The notes beneath the pieces were generated by a model, which worked only from the letters and a program-made list of their open reading frames with translations, did not search any database and was not told the DNA's origin. This document shows positions 1 to 9,547 of a stretch of DNA of 52,295 nucleotides, piece by piece. Source of the stretch: Macrostomum lignano (taxonomy: Eukaryota); assembly GCA_002269645.1 (NCBI GenBank), contig NIVC01001437.1, positions 1 to 52,295 on the forward strand. The letters run 5' to 3'. A program made the position numbers and the translations under genes. Position 1 is the stretch's first letter; every line of letters begins with the position of its first letter.

Positions 1-228
1 TTAGCGCCGCAGGCTCTTATTTTAGCGCCGCAGGCTCTCATTTTAGCGCCGCAGGCTCTCATTTTAGCCGCGCCGCAGGCACTCATTTTAGCGCCGCAGG
101 CTCTCATTTTAGCGACGCAGGCTCTCATTTTAGCGCCGCAGGCTCTCATTTTAGCGCCGCAGGCACTCATTTTAGCGCCGCAGGCTCTCATTTTAGCGCC
201 GCAGGCACTCATTTCAGCGCCGCAGGCG
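1..228. repeat. 21-bp minisatellite (TTTTAGCGCCGCAGGCTCTCA)n, about 10 copies, truncated by the window start
   Basis: Unit repeated directly from base 1. Confidence 0.95.
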
Positions 229-279
229 CTTTTTTTTGTCGCCCAGCTGCAAAATTATTGATTTCCATAACGGATCACA

Positions 280-368
280 AGGTGGGGGGGGGACAAAGCA
301 ATGGCATGTCCCCCTCAAATCTTTTACTGGGGGGACATGTCCCTGTCCCCCCGTTGGCGACGCCCCTG
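280..368. mobile_element. Possible right terminus of a non-autonomous hAT-like element (end reads CAGGGGCGTCGCC on the minus strand)
   Basis: Ends ...GGCGACGCCCCTG at 368, with GGGGGGACATGTCCC palindromic subterminal motifs. CAGGGG ends are typical of hAT MITEs. The other end and TSD lie outside the window, so they are unverified. Confidence 0.35.
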
Positions 369-1220
369 GTTGTGCTGGCGCTTAACTTTCCGCTAACCGA
401 GTAGACTAGTTAGTGCAATTTGAGTTCAATAGGCTCAAACTGAGTGTTTATTGCCCGATGAAAACGGCACCCAGGCCAAGAAGCGTCCCGGAGTCACTTG
501 CGTCGCCCCAGAGTCGATTCAGACGCGTTCGGATGACAGTTTAAATAGGAAAGAAGTGATTCTAACGACTCTGAACCATGAGGATGCACAGGCCAAGAGG
601 CGAACAAAGCGCAGCGAGGCGGCAACAGCGCAACGAAGCATTAAAGGGGGAGCGGCAAACGAACTCTCCACAAGTTGCGAGCAATTTTTTTTTCGTTTCA
701 AAAAATTGAGCGCAAAGAGTGGCGAGAGCGCAAAGACCGCGCGGCGGCATAAATAGGCAAGCCACTGAACGCGGCAGAGTAATGGACACATACAAGTCGT
801 CAAAAAAGTCGCAGAAGAAGCGTTTTAGCGTCATTTTAAAATCGTTAGTGCATCACTTCTGAGTTGATAAGCATGCATTTTCTATTTGCCCAGAAGTAAC
901 GATCCAGCAGGCTGTTTAAGGCTGGTAGTAACGACTCTGTGACGTGTCCAGAGCGCCTCAGAAGTGTTGCACTAACGATTCTGCAGTGACGCTAAAGCGC
1001 TTCTTCTGTGACGACTTTTCAGCGATTCCAGAACGCCGCTGAAACGCCGTAAATGTGACTCTGATTCATCGAGCGACGCAAATGCGCTTCAAACACAACT
1101 CAGTGACTCTAATGCGGCTCTACGGCTCCAGAATCGTTATACCGTCGCCCCAGAGTCGCTAGAGTCGCCCCAGAATCGTTTCAGAGTCGCAGAAAATAAA
1201 ACGCTTCAAAGTGATTCTGG

Positions 1221-1461
1221 GCACGCGAAGGCGTATTCAGCATGCCAGTGAAGTATGAGACAGACTAGGCCCATGGGCTAAGGTCTGCGATGCTTCACGC
1301 CTGCCCCTATCTTCAGCAGGTCAAGGCTGGTGGGAGGTCTGCACCCTCTATTTGCCTCTGGCAGCCGCAGACCCCCCCCCCCACGCTGTCTCGCAAGTCG
1401 ACCCAGGGTACTCGTCCCGCGTGTGTTCAAGGCAGTCCCTAGGGCTGCTGGACAGACTGGG
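1221..1461 (+). ncRNA. HDV-like self-cleaving ribozyme in the LINE 5' UTR (predicted)
   Basis: P1 GCACGC(G) 1221-1227 pairs with (C)GCGUGU 1418-1424, giving G-U at +1. P2 CCCAG 1402-1406 / CUGGG 1457-1461. P3 GG(G)/CC(C). L3 UACUCGU 1409-1415. P1.1 A1410-U1426 and C1411-G1425. P4 1431-1438/1442-1449. J4/2 C1453-AGA. Folded by eye, not tested. Confidence 0.78.
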
Positions 1462-1739
1462 CTCCGGCGCTGGCGACCCTATCCAGTGGCTTCGGCCGAA
1501 TTTGGGTATGCGGGTCTGGCTCGCCAACCTGCAGGCCGTGGTACTGCTCAACGTACTCTCTAATGCCTAAGGTGTTGACCGTGCCGATGGGCTGGAAGGC
1601 CGGGGAGTAGTCCGGTCGCAAGCGGTCCCCCTCCTGGTGTCGGGCCAGCCTTGAGGGTGCTATTGGCCTACTGCCCGGTCAGGTGGAGCGGCCGGGTGGG
1701 TACCGCGCCCCTTTGAGGGTAGCCCACCAACCTTTTATC

Positions 1740-3260
1740 ATGGCCTTCGAGCCGACTATGGATAAACAAGCTATTTCTAGGGATGGGGACCCTTCTAAAC
1801 CCCAACCTCAGTCCGAAGGACCGGCCGGCCCTGCTGGCAGATCCCAACCGACTGATTCAACTGTGGCAAAGGAAGGACCGGCTGGCTCTGCTGGCAGATC
1901 CGACCAGAGCTACCAAACTCAAAATACCCTAAGACCTGCCAGCTCCGCTGGTGGATCTAAGGGAACCGCGAGCTCTGAGCCTAAAGGACCGGCCAAATCT
2001 GGCAGATCCGATGAAGCTCAGCGGGCTCGGCTTGAGCGCAAACGCGCTAAACAACGCGCCAAAAGGCAGGCCAAGAAGGGAGCTGCGGGGGCCAAAGCGG
2101 CGGCGTCCACCATGGATGCTGAAGCGACTGGAGTCCCAAGGCAACCAGGCGGGCCGGCCGGTGGAAGCTCCAGTAGTTCAGCGGCGGCGCTCCCTGGAGC
2201 TGCTGCCGCGGCTGCTGAGGCCGAAACCACGGCGCAACAAATGGCCACTGCCAACAAGGAGGTTCCTTCGGGAGCTACCTTTGCGGCGAAGGCCAAGGCC
2301 AAAATCCCGGGAGTGATCATCCAAGGTCGCGACCAGGACTGGACCACTGATCAGCTTCAAAAAGTGTGGAGTGCTGTTGACTCCTATCTGATTGAGCTGA
2401 CTGTCGAGGAGGGAATCTCCATCGGCGTTGAGCGGATGGTGCTGCGAAGCACATTCGTTCTTATTGCTCCTAGCAGCGAGGAGGACGCTCGGCGGCTGCT
2501 CCAGCGGCTACCGACGGTCTCCTTGGATGCTGACCTTGGCGGAGCTCTTTTTCTTCGCGAGGGCCAGCGTCCAAAGACGATACCCTATGTGGTTTTCGTC
2601 CCTGCTAAGAGCACCGCAGCTGGACCAGACGTTATTCGCCGGGTCCTACTGCGTCTGAACCCCGACCTCCCTGCTAGTGGACTGGTGTATCACCGTAAAG
2701 TCCGCAGGGGGGAGACGGGCAACTCAATTGTCCTCGGCCTTTCCAGCACTTGGGCGAGTCGGTACCCTAATGGATCCTCTTTCCAGCTGGGTGCCCTCAA
2801 GCTCAAGTTGCGCCGAGGAAAGTCTGCCAAAGGGAAGGCTACTGCCAACCCCGGCATCTCCGGCAAGAGCGGGGCGCAGTCTAAGGCCCAAGGAAAGGCG
2901 CAAGCCGATCCCAAAGCCAAAGCTGCATCTCGCCCCTCTGCTAGCAGCAGTTCGGCGACCGCGGTAACGGCTCCGGCCGAGCCCCGGGAACCAAACCTGC
3001 CAGTCGGAGAAGGAGTTGAGGACGAGGCCGGGTCTTCGGAATCCGAGCTCTCCTCGGCCACCTTGGTGGGGTCTGAAGGTAAAGATGCAGGTGAGGAAGC
3101 TTCCTCCATCCTGTCATCGGAGCCTGAGGAGTCTGCTGGGGGGGCCGGTGGGGTGAGGAGGCCATGGACGTCGACCAACTCCCATCTCCCAGTCAAGCCC
3201 CAGCGGCCTGGGACGAGGACGATCTGTTGTCCAAGTCTCCTTGATGACCCTGGGCTCTAG
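1740..3260 (+). CDS. LINE ORF1 (gag-like nucleic-acid-binding protein; central domain resembles DUF4780-type ORF1s; no CCHC knuckle)
   Basis: First ATG at 1740 within the 525-aa track ORF, with an A/K/R-rich N-terminus (RARLERKRAKQRAKRQAKK). A missing G in the run at 3150-3153 would give an acidic end ...EEAMDVDQLPSPSQAPAAWDEDDLLSKSP* at 3244. Confidence 0.8.
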   Translation: MAFEPTMDKQAISRDGDPSKPQPQSEGPAGPAGRSQPTDSTVAKEGPAGSAGRSDQSYQTQNTLRPASSAGGSKGTASSEPKGPAKSGRSDEAQRARLERKRAKQRAKRQAKKGAAGAKAAASTMDAEATGVPRQPGGPAGGSSSSSAAALPGAAAAAAEAETTAQQMATANKEVPSGATFAAKAKAKIPGVIIQGRDQDWTTDQLQKVWSAVDSYLIELTVEEGISIGVERMVLRSTFVLIAPSSEEDARRLLQRLPTVSLDADLGGALFLREGQRPKTIPYVVFVPAKSTAAGPDVIRRVLLRLNPDLPASGLVYHRKVRRGETGNSIVLGLSSTWASRYPNGSSFQLGALKLKLRRGKSAKGKATANPGISGKSGAQSKAQGKAQADPKAKAASRPSASSSSATAVTAPAEPREPNLPVGEGVEDEAGSSESELSSATLVGSEGKDAGEEASSILSSEPEESAGGAGGVRRPWTSTNSHLPVKPQRPGTRTICCPSLLDDPGL

Positions 3261-3283
3261 CCAGATATTGCATTTAATACAGT

Positions 3284-6200
3284 ATGACTAAGCTCCACGC
3301 TGCCAAAGGAGCGACATTCTGTCTGCAAATAAATTTACAGCATTGCGTATCTGCGTCAGTAAATCTGATGAAGATTGCTGAGCTGTACAGGCCAGGCCTC
3401 ATCCTGATCCAGGAACCCTGGATGCGCAACGGTAAGTTGCCCAACATTCCCTCTGGCTACTCTGATTTTTATGTGTGTGGCCCGGGGAACAGCCGCCCTA
3501 GAGCGGCTATCCTCGCTGCTAGCCATCTCCAGGCTTGGCTGAGGACTGATCTCTCTGATGGAGACCTTTGCGTCATCCAATCTAATCATTTCTCTCCGCG
3601 TACGTGTCTTGTTGCCTCGGTTTATATCCCAGGCGACAGAGACCCTGCTCCCGAGAGTTTACTGCGCCTTGCGCAGTACTGCGAGTCCCAGAACGCTGAG
3701 CTGTGCTTAGGGGGCGACCTCAACGCGCACCACAAGCACTGGGGCAGCAAAGATACCAACACTAGAGGAGAGGAGCTTCTGGCCCTCATCTCTAACACAA
3801 ACCTCATGCTCTGCAACCGCGGCAGCACCCTACCTTTAATAATGGCAGATGGACCGAGGTCCTCGACGCCACACTCGTTACCCCAAGACTCTTTGACAGA
3901 GTCAAGGAGTGGAGAGTCTGGTCTGAGGAGCCCTCCCTGTCTGACCACTGCTTTATTGCCTTTAATATCGCGGACACTAAAACCCAGTCTCCGATCACTT
4001 GGAGACGCAATATCCGCAACACTGATTGGGCGGCCTACAAGGCTGCCCTTGATCTGCACCTGCAGGAACTCACGGACTTACGTCCGATTGAGACCTGCGA
4101 GGATGTGGATCATATGGCTGAGACGCTGACAGGTTGCATTATTGCAGCCTACGAAGCGGCTTGTCCTGCTCGCGCCTACAGAGGCAAGACCTCGGCGCCG
4201 TGGTGGAACCCGGAGCTGGGGAAACTCAGGCGGAAGGCCAAAAGCCTTCATCGCCGTGCCATGAAGACCGGAAACCCGGAGGACATGGAGCTTTTCCGGC
4301 AAGCCTCCCGCAATTTCAAATCTGAAGTGCGCAAGGCCAAGGAATGTAAGTGGCGCCAATTCTGCAATGAATTGGATCAAGACAGACCTACTTCTAGGCT
4401 TGTCAAGGCCCTTACAATGGACAAAATGTCCAAATTAGCCATGATCAAAAAAGATGATGGCTCTCTTACTAAAGACCCTGAAGAAGTGCTTCAGCATATG
4501 CTTAGCACATTCTTCCCGAGGGTACCTACTGCTAGACCGGAGCCCAACCATTCGATGGATGGAGCCACCCTAGCGGCGGGCATTGTCACTGAAGACCTAA
4601 TCGCTCGTGCGGTCAGAACCTTCAAACCCTTCAAATCTCCTGGACCTGATGGTATCTACCCTGTTCTCCTTCGTGAAGCAGCCAAGATACCCTCGTTCCT
4701 GAGACTCACCCGCAATCTTATGCGGGCCTCTATCCAGCTGGGATACGTTCCCAAAAGCTGGACTGAAGCTCGAGTAGTCTTTATTCCCAAACCTGGGAAG
4801 GGTGACTACCAAAGCGTCAAGGCCTTCCGGCCAATTAGCTTAACGTCAGCAATGCTTAAGCTCACTGAGAGGCTTATTCTCTGGCGGCTGCTCTCCTGCG
4901 AGCTGACAGCGATGCCCCTCAGCAATAATCAGCACGCCTTCCGTACCGGGAGGTCGACTGACAGCGCCCTGCATGCGATTGTCGAAAAGATTGAACGGGC
5001 GGTACTGGGTGACGGTTACGCCCTGGCTCTCTTTCTTGACATTGTTGGCGCCTTCGACAACGTTATCTTTGAAGCGTTTCAGAGGGCCCTTCAAAATCGC
5101 AAAGCTCATGCTACCCTCATACGGTGGATCATGTACATGATCTCCAACCGTACGGTCACTGCCCAACTTCTTGGGCAAACTGCCTCCACCAGAGTCTGTA
5201 AGGGTGGACCCCAAGGCGGAGTCCTCACCCCGACGCTCTGGAACCTGGTCATGGACGCTCTTCTGAGTGACTCCCGACCTGACCCCGTCTTCAAAGTCGG
5301 GTATGCTGATGACGTCACGGCCATTGTGGCAGGACCGTCTCCCAGCACGCTCAGGGATCTGATGCAGAGCTTTATCCGCAAAGCAGAATCCTGGGCCAAT
5401 GACAATGGTTTGGAACTCTCTGAGCCCAAAACCGTTGCCATTATGTTTACCAGCAGACTACGCTGGAACATACGTCCTCTGCAGCTCTACGGCAGAGATA
5501 TTGCCTTCGCGCACCAGACCAGATGTCTCGGGGTCACACTTGACCACCGGCTCAACTGGTCCTTCCACGTGAAAGCAAAAGCTAAGCGTGCCTCAGCCAT
5601 CCTGGCCCAGCTCCGACGAGCACTTGGCACTTCTTGGGGTCTATCCCCAAAGCGGCTTTGGTGGATCTATACTTCCGTAGTTAGACCTGCCATTACGTAC
5701 GCCTCTGTTGTCTGGGTTAGCGCTACCCAGGTCAAAAGCCATGCAGACCTGCTCAACACGATCCAAGGCAGAGCGTGTAGGCTCATCTGCAACGCCACCA
5801 GGTCCACGCCCTTTGCTGGCATGGGGGCCTTTCTTAATCTTCCGCCTCTTGACCTCTTCATCAGGGGTGAGGCGGCTAGAACGACGCGGCGTCTAATTGA
5901 TGCCGGCGTCAAATTCATTTACATGAGAGCACCTGCTAAGCGGAACCTTGTCCCGCATAGCGATCTGTGCCTCAACTTTCTCAACGAGTGTCAGGCCAAT
6001 CGCGTCTTCACCGATGGCATTGCCTCAACGCTCAACCTGAGACAGCGCTACTCCGTAGCTATCGACTCGCGCGATAACATCAATGACCATTGGAACCCTG
6101 GTGAGCTTCATTGCTACACCGACGGTTCTAAGCAGTCAGCCAACACCGGCTTTGGTGTTGGAATCTTTCTGAACGGGAGGGTCATCGCTACCCACGCTCA

Positions 6201-7022
6201 ATACACTGGGGTCAACTCCAGTGTTTTCCAAAATGAAGTTCTGGCCATCAGCTCCTGCACTGCAGAGCTTCTCGCCACTGGCGTTACTGGTAAGAACATC
6301 ATTTTCCATTCGGACAGCCAAGCTGCCTTGCACGCCATCAGTGGCTGCAGCACCAACTCTGCTACAGTCCTTGACTGTATCAAACTCCTCAATGTGTTGG
6401 GTTCCGCCAACAAAATTACCCTTAAGTGGGTTCCGGGGCATGTGGGGATCCGAGGAAATGAGTTGGCTGACACCCTTGCAAAAGTTGGTGCCTCCGGCTC
6501 CTCTCTCGGCCCCGAACCTCTTGTCCCGATTCCTGGCTGTGTCATCGACTCGCGCATCAAAGCGTGGATCAGGACTCAGCACCGCTCGACTTGGGCGAAC
6601 CGCACGAACTGCAGGCAATCCAGAGGCGCTGTCCCTCAGCCCTCTCACCAGCTCCGGAAGCTCCTCTTGCGCCTCTCGGCAGAGACATCCGGGCTGCCAC
6701 CATGACCCTCTCTGGTCACGGCTGCTTCTCCAGGCACCAGTACCTGCAGGGCAACGCCACCAACGCCACCTGTAGTTTCTGCAACTCAGGTGACGAAACC
6801 GCTGAGCATTTCGTCAGCATCTGTCCCGCCTTCACGCGGGCCAGACTCACTTACCTCGGGCCACACACATCTATTACTGAAGCGTGCAAACCCGAAAACT
6901 TTAATCAGCTCATGTGCTACCTTCGGGCCACCCGCAGGGCTGAACTCTCCTTTCCAGAGAGCACCATAGCTGCTGGCGACACTGGGGGACCTCCCTGGGC
7001 GGCGCCAACCCTCCGTCCATAG
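3284..7022 (+). CDS. LINE ORF2 polyprotein (APE endonuclease, reverse transcriptase, RNase H, CCHC), split into 3 frames by -1 shifts at ~3828 and ~6678
   Basis: APE: LQINLQH, LIQEPW, GGDLNAHH and (shifted frame) SLSDH. RT: KSPGPDG, FRPISLTS, QHAFR, FLDIVGAFD, PQGGVLTP, YADD. RNase H: YTDGSK, QNEVLAI, HSDSQAA, WVPGHVGIRGNELADTLAK. C-terminal CSFC...HFVSIC. Confidence 0.92.
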
Positions 7023-7395
7023 CGACGCGTCGGCCGTTCAGGGACTAGCGGAATGGGCGCCCGCGCCTTCCCGCTGTGTCCCCTCCGGGACAGCCCTGCA
7101 GCTAAGTCAAGTAAGTCAAGTCAAGATTCTGGGGCGACTCTTTGACGACTTTTTGGCGACTTGTACCGCGACATCTCGTCGTTTTAGAGGCGTTTAGAAT
7201 CACTTCTTTCCTATTTAACCTGTGTCGTCTGCAACGCGTCTAGAACGACTCTGGGGTGATGCAAGTGACTCCGGGCCGCTTCTTGTCCCAGGTACAGTTT
7301 TCATCGGGAATTCGCAAGAGATTGATAGAAAGTTGATAAGACGTTTCAAACCCATAAACTGAGACCCTCAGTTTGTGTATCCCCAACTGGAGATT

Positions 7396-7690
7396 GGGGT
7401 TTAGTCTAGTGATTAGAGCGTCGCACTCACGACTGAAAGGTCGGGGGTTCGATTCTCGACCTACTCAGAACAATTGTATCTTTGAGCAAAGCACTTAACT
7501 CTGCTTAAGTGCTTCAGTTCACCGAGCTGTAAAATGGGTACCAGCATTAGCTGGTGTAATTGAGGGTGTGGGCCCCCCCCTCAGTCCTTGGACTGAACAG
7601 CCGTACGCAGCCTTCAGATGCGCCGCACAATAGCTGCTGCTGAGCTGTCGTTTGTACATCTGCTCATTAGGGCAGGTGTAATCAATAATT
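7396..7690 (+). mobile_element. tRNA-derived SINE with CORE-like central domain (copy 1)
   Basis: A box TAGTCTAGTGATT and B box GGTTCGATTCT, then TCTTTGAGCAAAGCACTTAAC...GTGCTTCAGTT...CTGTAAAATGGG, and an AT-rich tail near 7685. A second copy lies at 24.3-24.5 kb. The 3' boundary is approximate. Confidence 0.85.
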
Positions 7691-8450
7691 ATTAATTAAT
7701 TGGCTATGGCTGCTGGTGTCAATGATCTTGTCTGTGGTCAAAGGCTTCTTATCTGGGTTTGCTCTCCTTCTGCCGCAATTGCACTCGACCTGGCCTGTGC
7801 AGAGCTACCTGTGTTATCTGCTTCTTCCGTGCTATGTGATGTTCCTGCTTCAGCCTTACAGAACTGAATCGTCAAGCTGCAGCAGCCAAACGATCTACAA
7901 TGATATGCTTTTCTTCTAAGGCATTTCAATTTTAATATGCGTTTAAGTGAAGCTAAAGTGATTCTATGAGTTAAAGACTAATTCAGGATTGTATCGCTTT
8001 TACAAAGCAATGGCAGTATTATTGTTTATTGATTGCCTTGTCATCTTCCTCATTCGCTGTTGAACTACACTTGTAGGACAATGGTTAGAATTTCTCGCCA
8101 AACTGTCCTATTCGAGCTAGCTACCTGTGGCTTCTCCACTGGGGCACAGCGAACCAGACAAAGTTCGCATGCTTACAGTTTCTGTCCTGATTGAGTTACA
8201 GAGTTGAGACTGTTTTGTATATTTAGACATAGAATAAGTCGATGAAGAATCGTGTCAAGTTTAAAGTCAATCGATTCACCTGTAGCAAACTTATGGCAGT
8301 CAAAAATTAGTTAATCTTTAAAACCCATTCGCACATCTGGCCTGTCAGTTATAATACGAGCTAAATCTCGAACGCAAACAGGGTATTCGAGATTTTACGG
8401 TACCAACATGAAACCTCAGGGCAGTTGTATTCTGGCTTGTGACATGTCTT

Positions 8451-8660
8451 TTATCGTTTTATGAAGTTCGCTAAAATTTCCATTATTTCGCTTGCTTCTT
8501 GGGTCATTAGCGAAAATATTCTATCCTCTGCAGAAAGGTTTTCAAAATTCCAAACATTATCCGAAATTTCCTGTTCGAATTTATCTGGGAGAACTAAACA
8601 AGCTCCAAATACACTTAAAGAGGAAATGGGCTTCACTTTCTACCTCTAAATGGCACTTTG
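8451..8660 (-). pseudogene. Degraded 3' fragment of a LINE ORF2 (C-terminal Cys/His region)
   Basis: The minus strand of 8658-8611 reads KCHLEVESEAHFLFKC. A shifted frame then gives ...RIFSLMTQEASEIMEILANFIKR*, typical of L2/CR1-group ORF2 C-termini. Confidence 0.6.
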
Positions 8661-9547
8661 AGAAATGGATTAGAATCAAAAATGTGTCAAATTATGTGAA
8701 AAGTTTTTGAGCCGTCAAGTACCATATTATGTAGTTGAACGACTGGTCACATCGCAGTAGTTCCATCGCCTCACCGGAAGCGCCATAGCAGAAAATTGCA
8801 GCCTTGACGTCATCTGGCATGTCTTCAGAGCTTCTCGTGCTTACTGCATGTACGAGTACAGTGTGGGTAGCACCAGGCCGTTGAGCCGCCTCTCCGGTTG
8901 GCATCGACCCACCGGACTGTACGTTACAAGACGCTTAGCTGGGACATCGATTGACCCAATGATGCATTGAAACAACAAACTCCTTCTTCCTACAGCACAC
9001 AGCCCTGGAGATAGCAGAAATTGAGTTCTGAAGTTGGTTGTTTGATGGAGAGCGCTTTCACGTGACTGCACAGCTCTATTTCAAAGCTTGATGTCTCAAT
9101 CGAAATGTTAATGCAGGGCGCGGTCAAAATGGTGTATGGTGGCGTCGATTTAAGTCATCTTTTGTCCCTTCAGTTATCTCAGAAGCTGAATTCGGTAAAA
9201 TGCTTTGAGAGCCATCCAATTTCGTTAATTTCCGCTAAAAGCATCGAACCACAGCTTTTGTCGTGTTAAAACGGCTGAACTAAACATGTATAAAAACAAA
9301 AAGCCGGCAAATGGAAATCGCCCAGTGTTGCACGCACCATCATTGACACGCGAAAATTGGGCGGGGCTACTGCTTGGGGCGATGAAAAAAGCGCTATTTA
9401 AACCCATAAAACTGACGTTCTCAATTGCAGGGCCGAGTGCTGGATAAGCAGACTATCAACTAGAGCTTCAAGTTGAAGACTATTGCTATCTTATTTTCCG
9501 ATGAGCGAAAGTGTCACAAGCTCTGTTAATCCTTGCTCAAAGTAGTC

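Larger units (their letters stand above)
1221..7124 (+). mobile_element. Full-length non-LTR retrotransposon, Loa/Lian-like (I group, RNase H-containing)
   Basis: TSD GATTCTGG(G) at 1213-1221 and 7125-7133; ~520-nt 5' UTR; ORF1; ORF2 with APE, RT, RNase H and CCHC; short (AAGT/AAGTC)n tail at ~7104-7124. Confidence 0.93.
454..7308. mobile_element. Non-autonomous TIR element (~943 bp when empty) interrupted by the LINE
   Basis: Imperfect ~115-bp TIRs: 454-~568 (CCCGATGAAAAC...GGAAAGAAGTGATTCTAACG) matches the reverse complement of ~7191-7308 (...GTTTTCATCGGG). The interior is rich in GACTCT/GATTCT motifs. No TSD could be identified, so the superfamily is unassigned. Confidence 0.8.

Noticed and set aside
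1561-1625. Twister-like motif (UAAUGCC...CCGGUCGCAAGCGG) in the LINE 5' UTR
   Set aside because: The loop is too short and no pseudoknot partner was found; the HDV fold upstream already explains 5' processing.
1929-6775. Antisense and alternate-frame ORFs over the LINE
   Set aside because: Shadows of GC-rich ORF1/ORF2 with no independent motifs.
7396-7470. tRNA gene-like sequence (also 24420-24494)
   Set aside because: A and B boxes are present, but no proper acceptor stem was found and a SINE body follows directly.
8692-9071. Two short minus-strand ORFs
   Set aside because: No recognisable motif or supporting splice structure.
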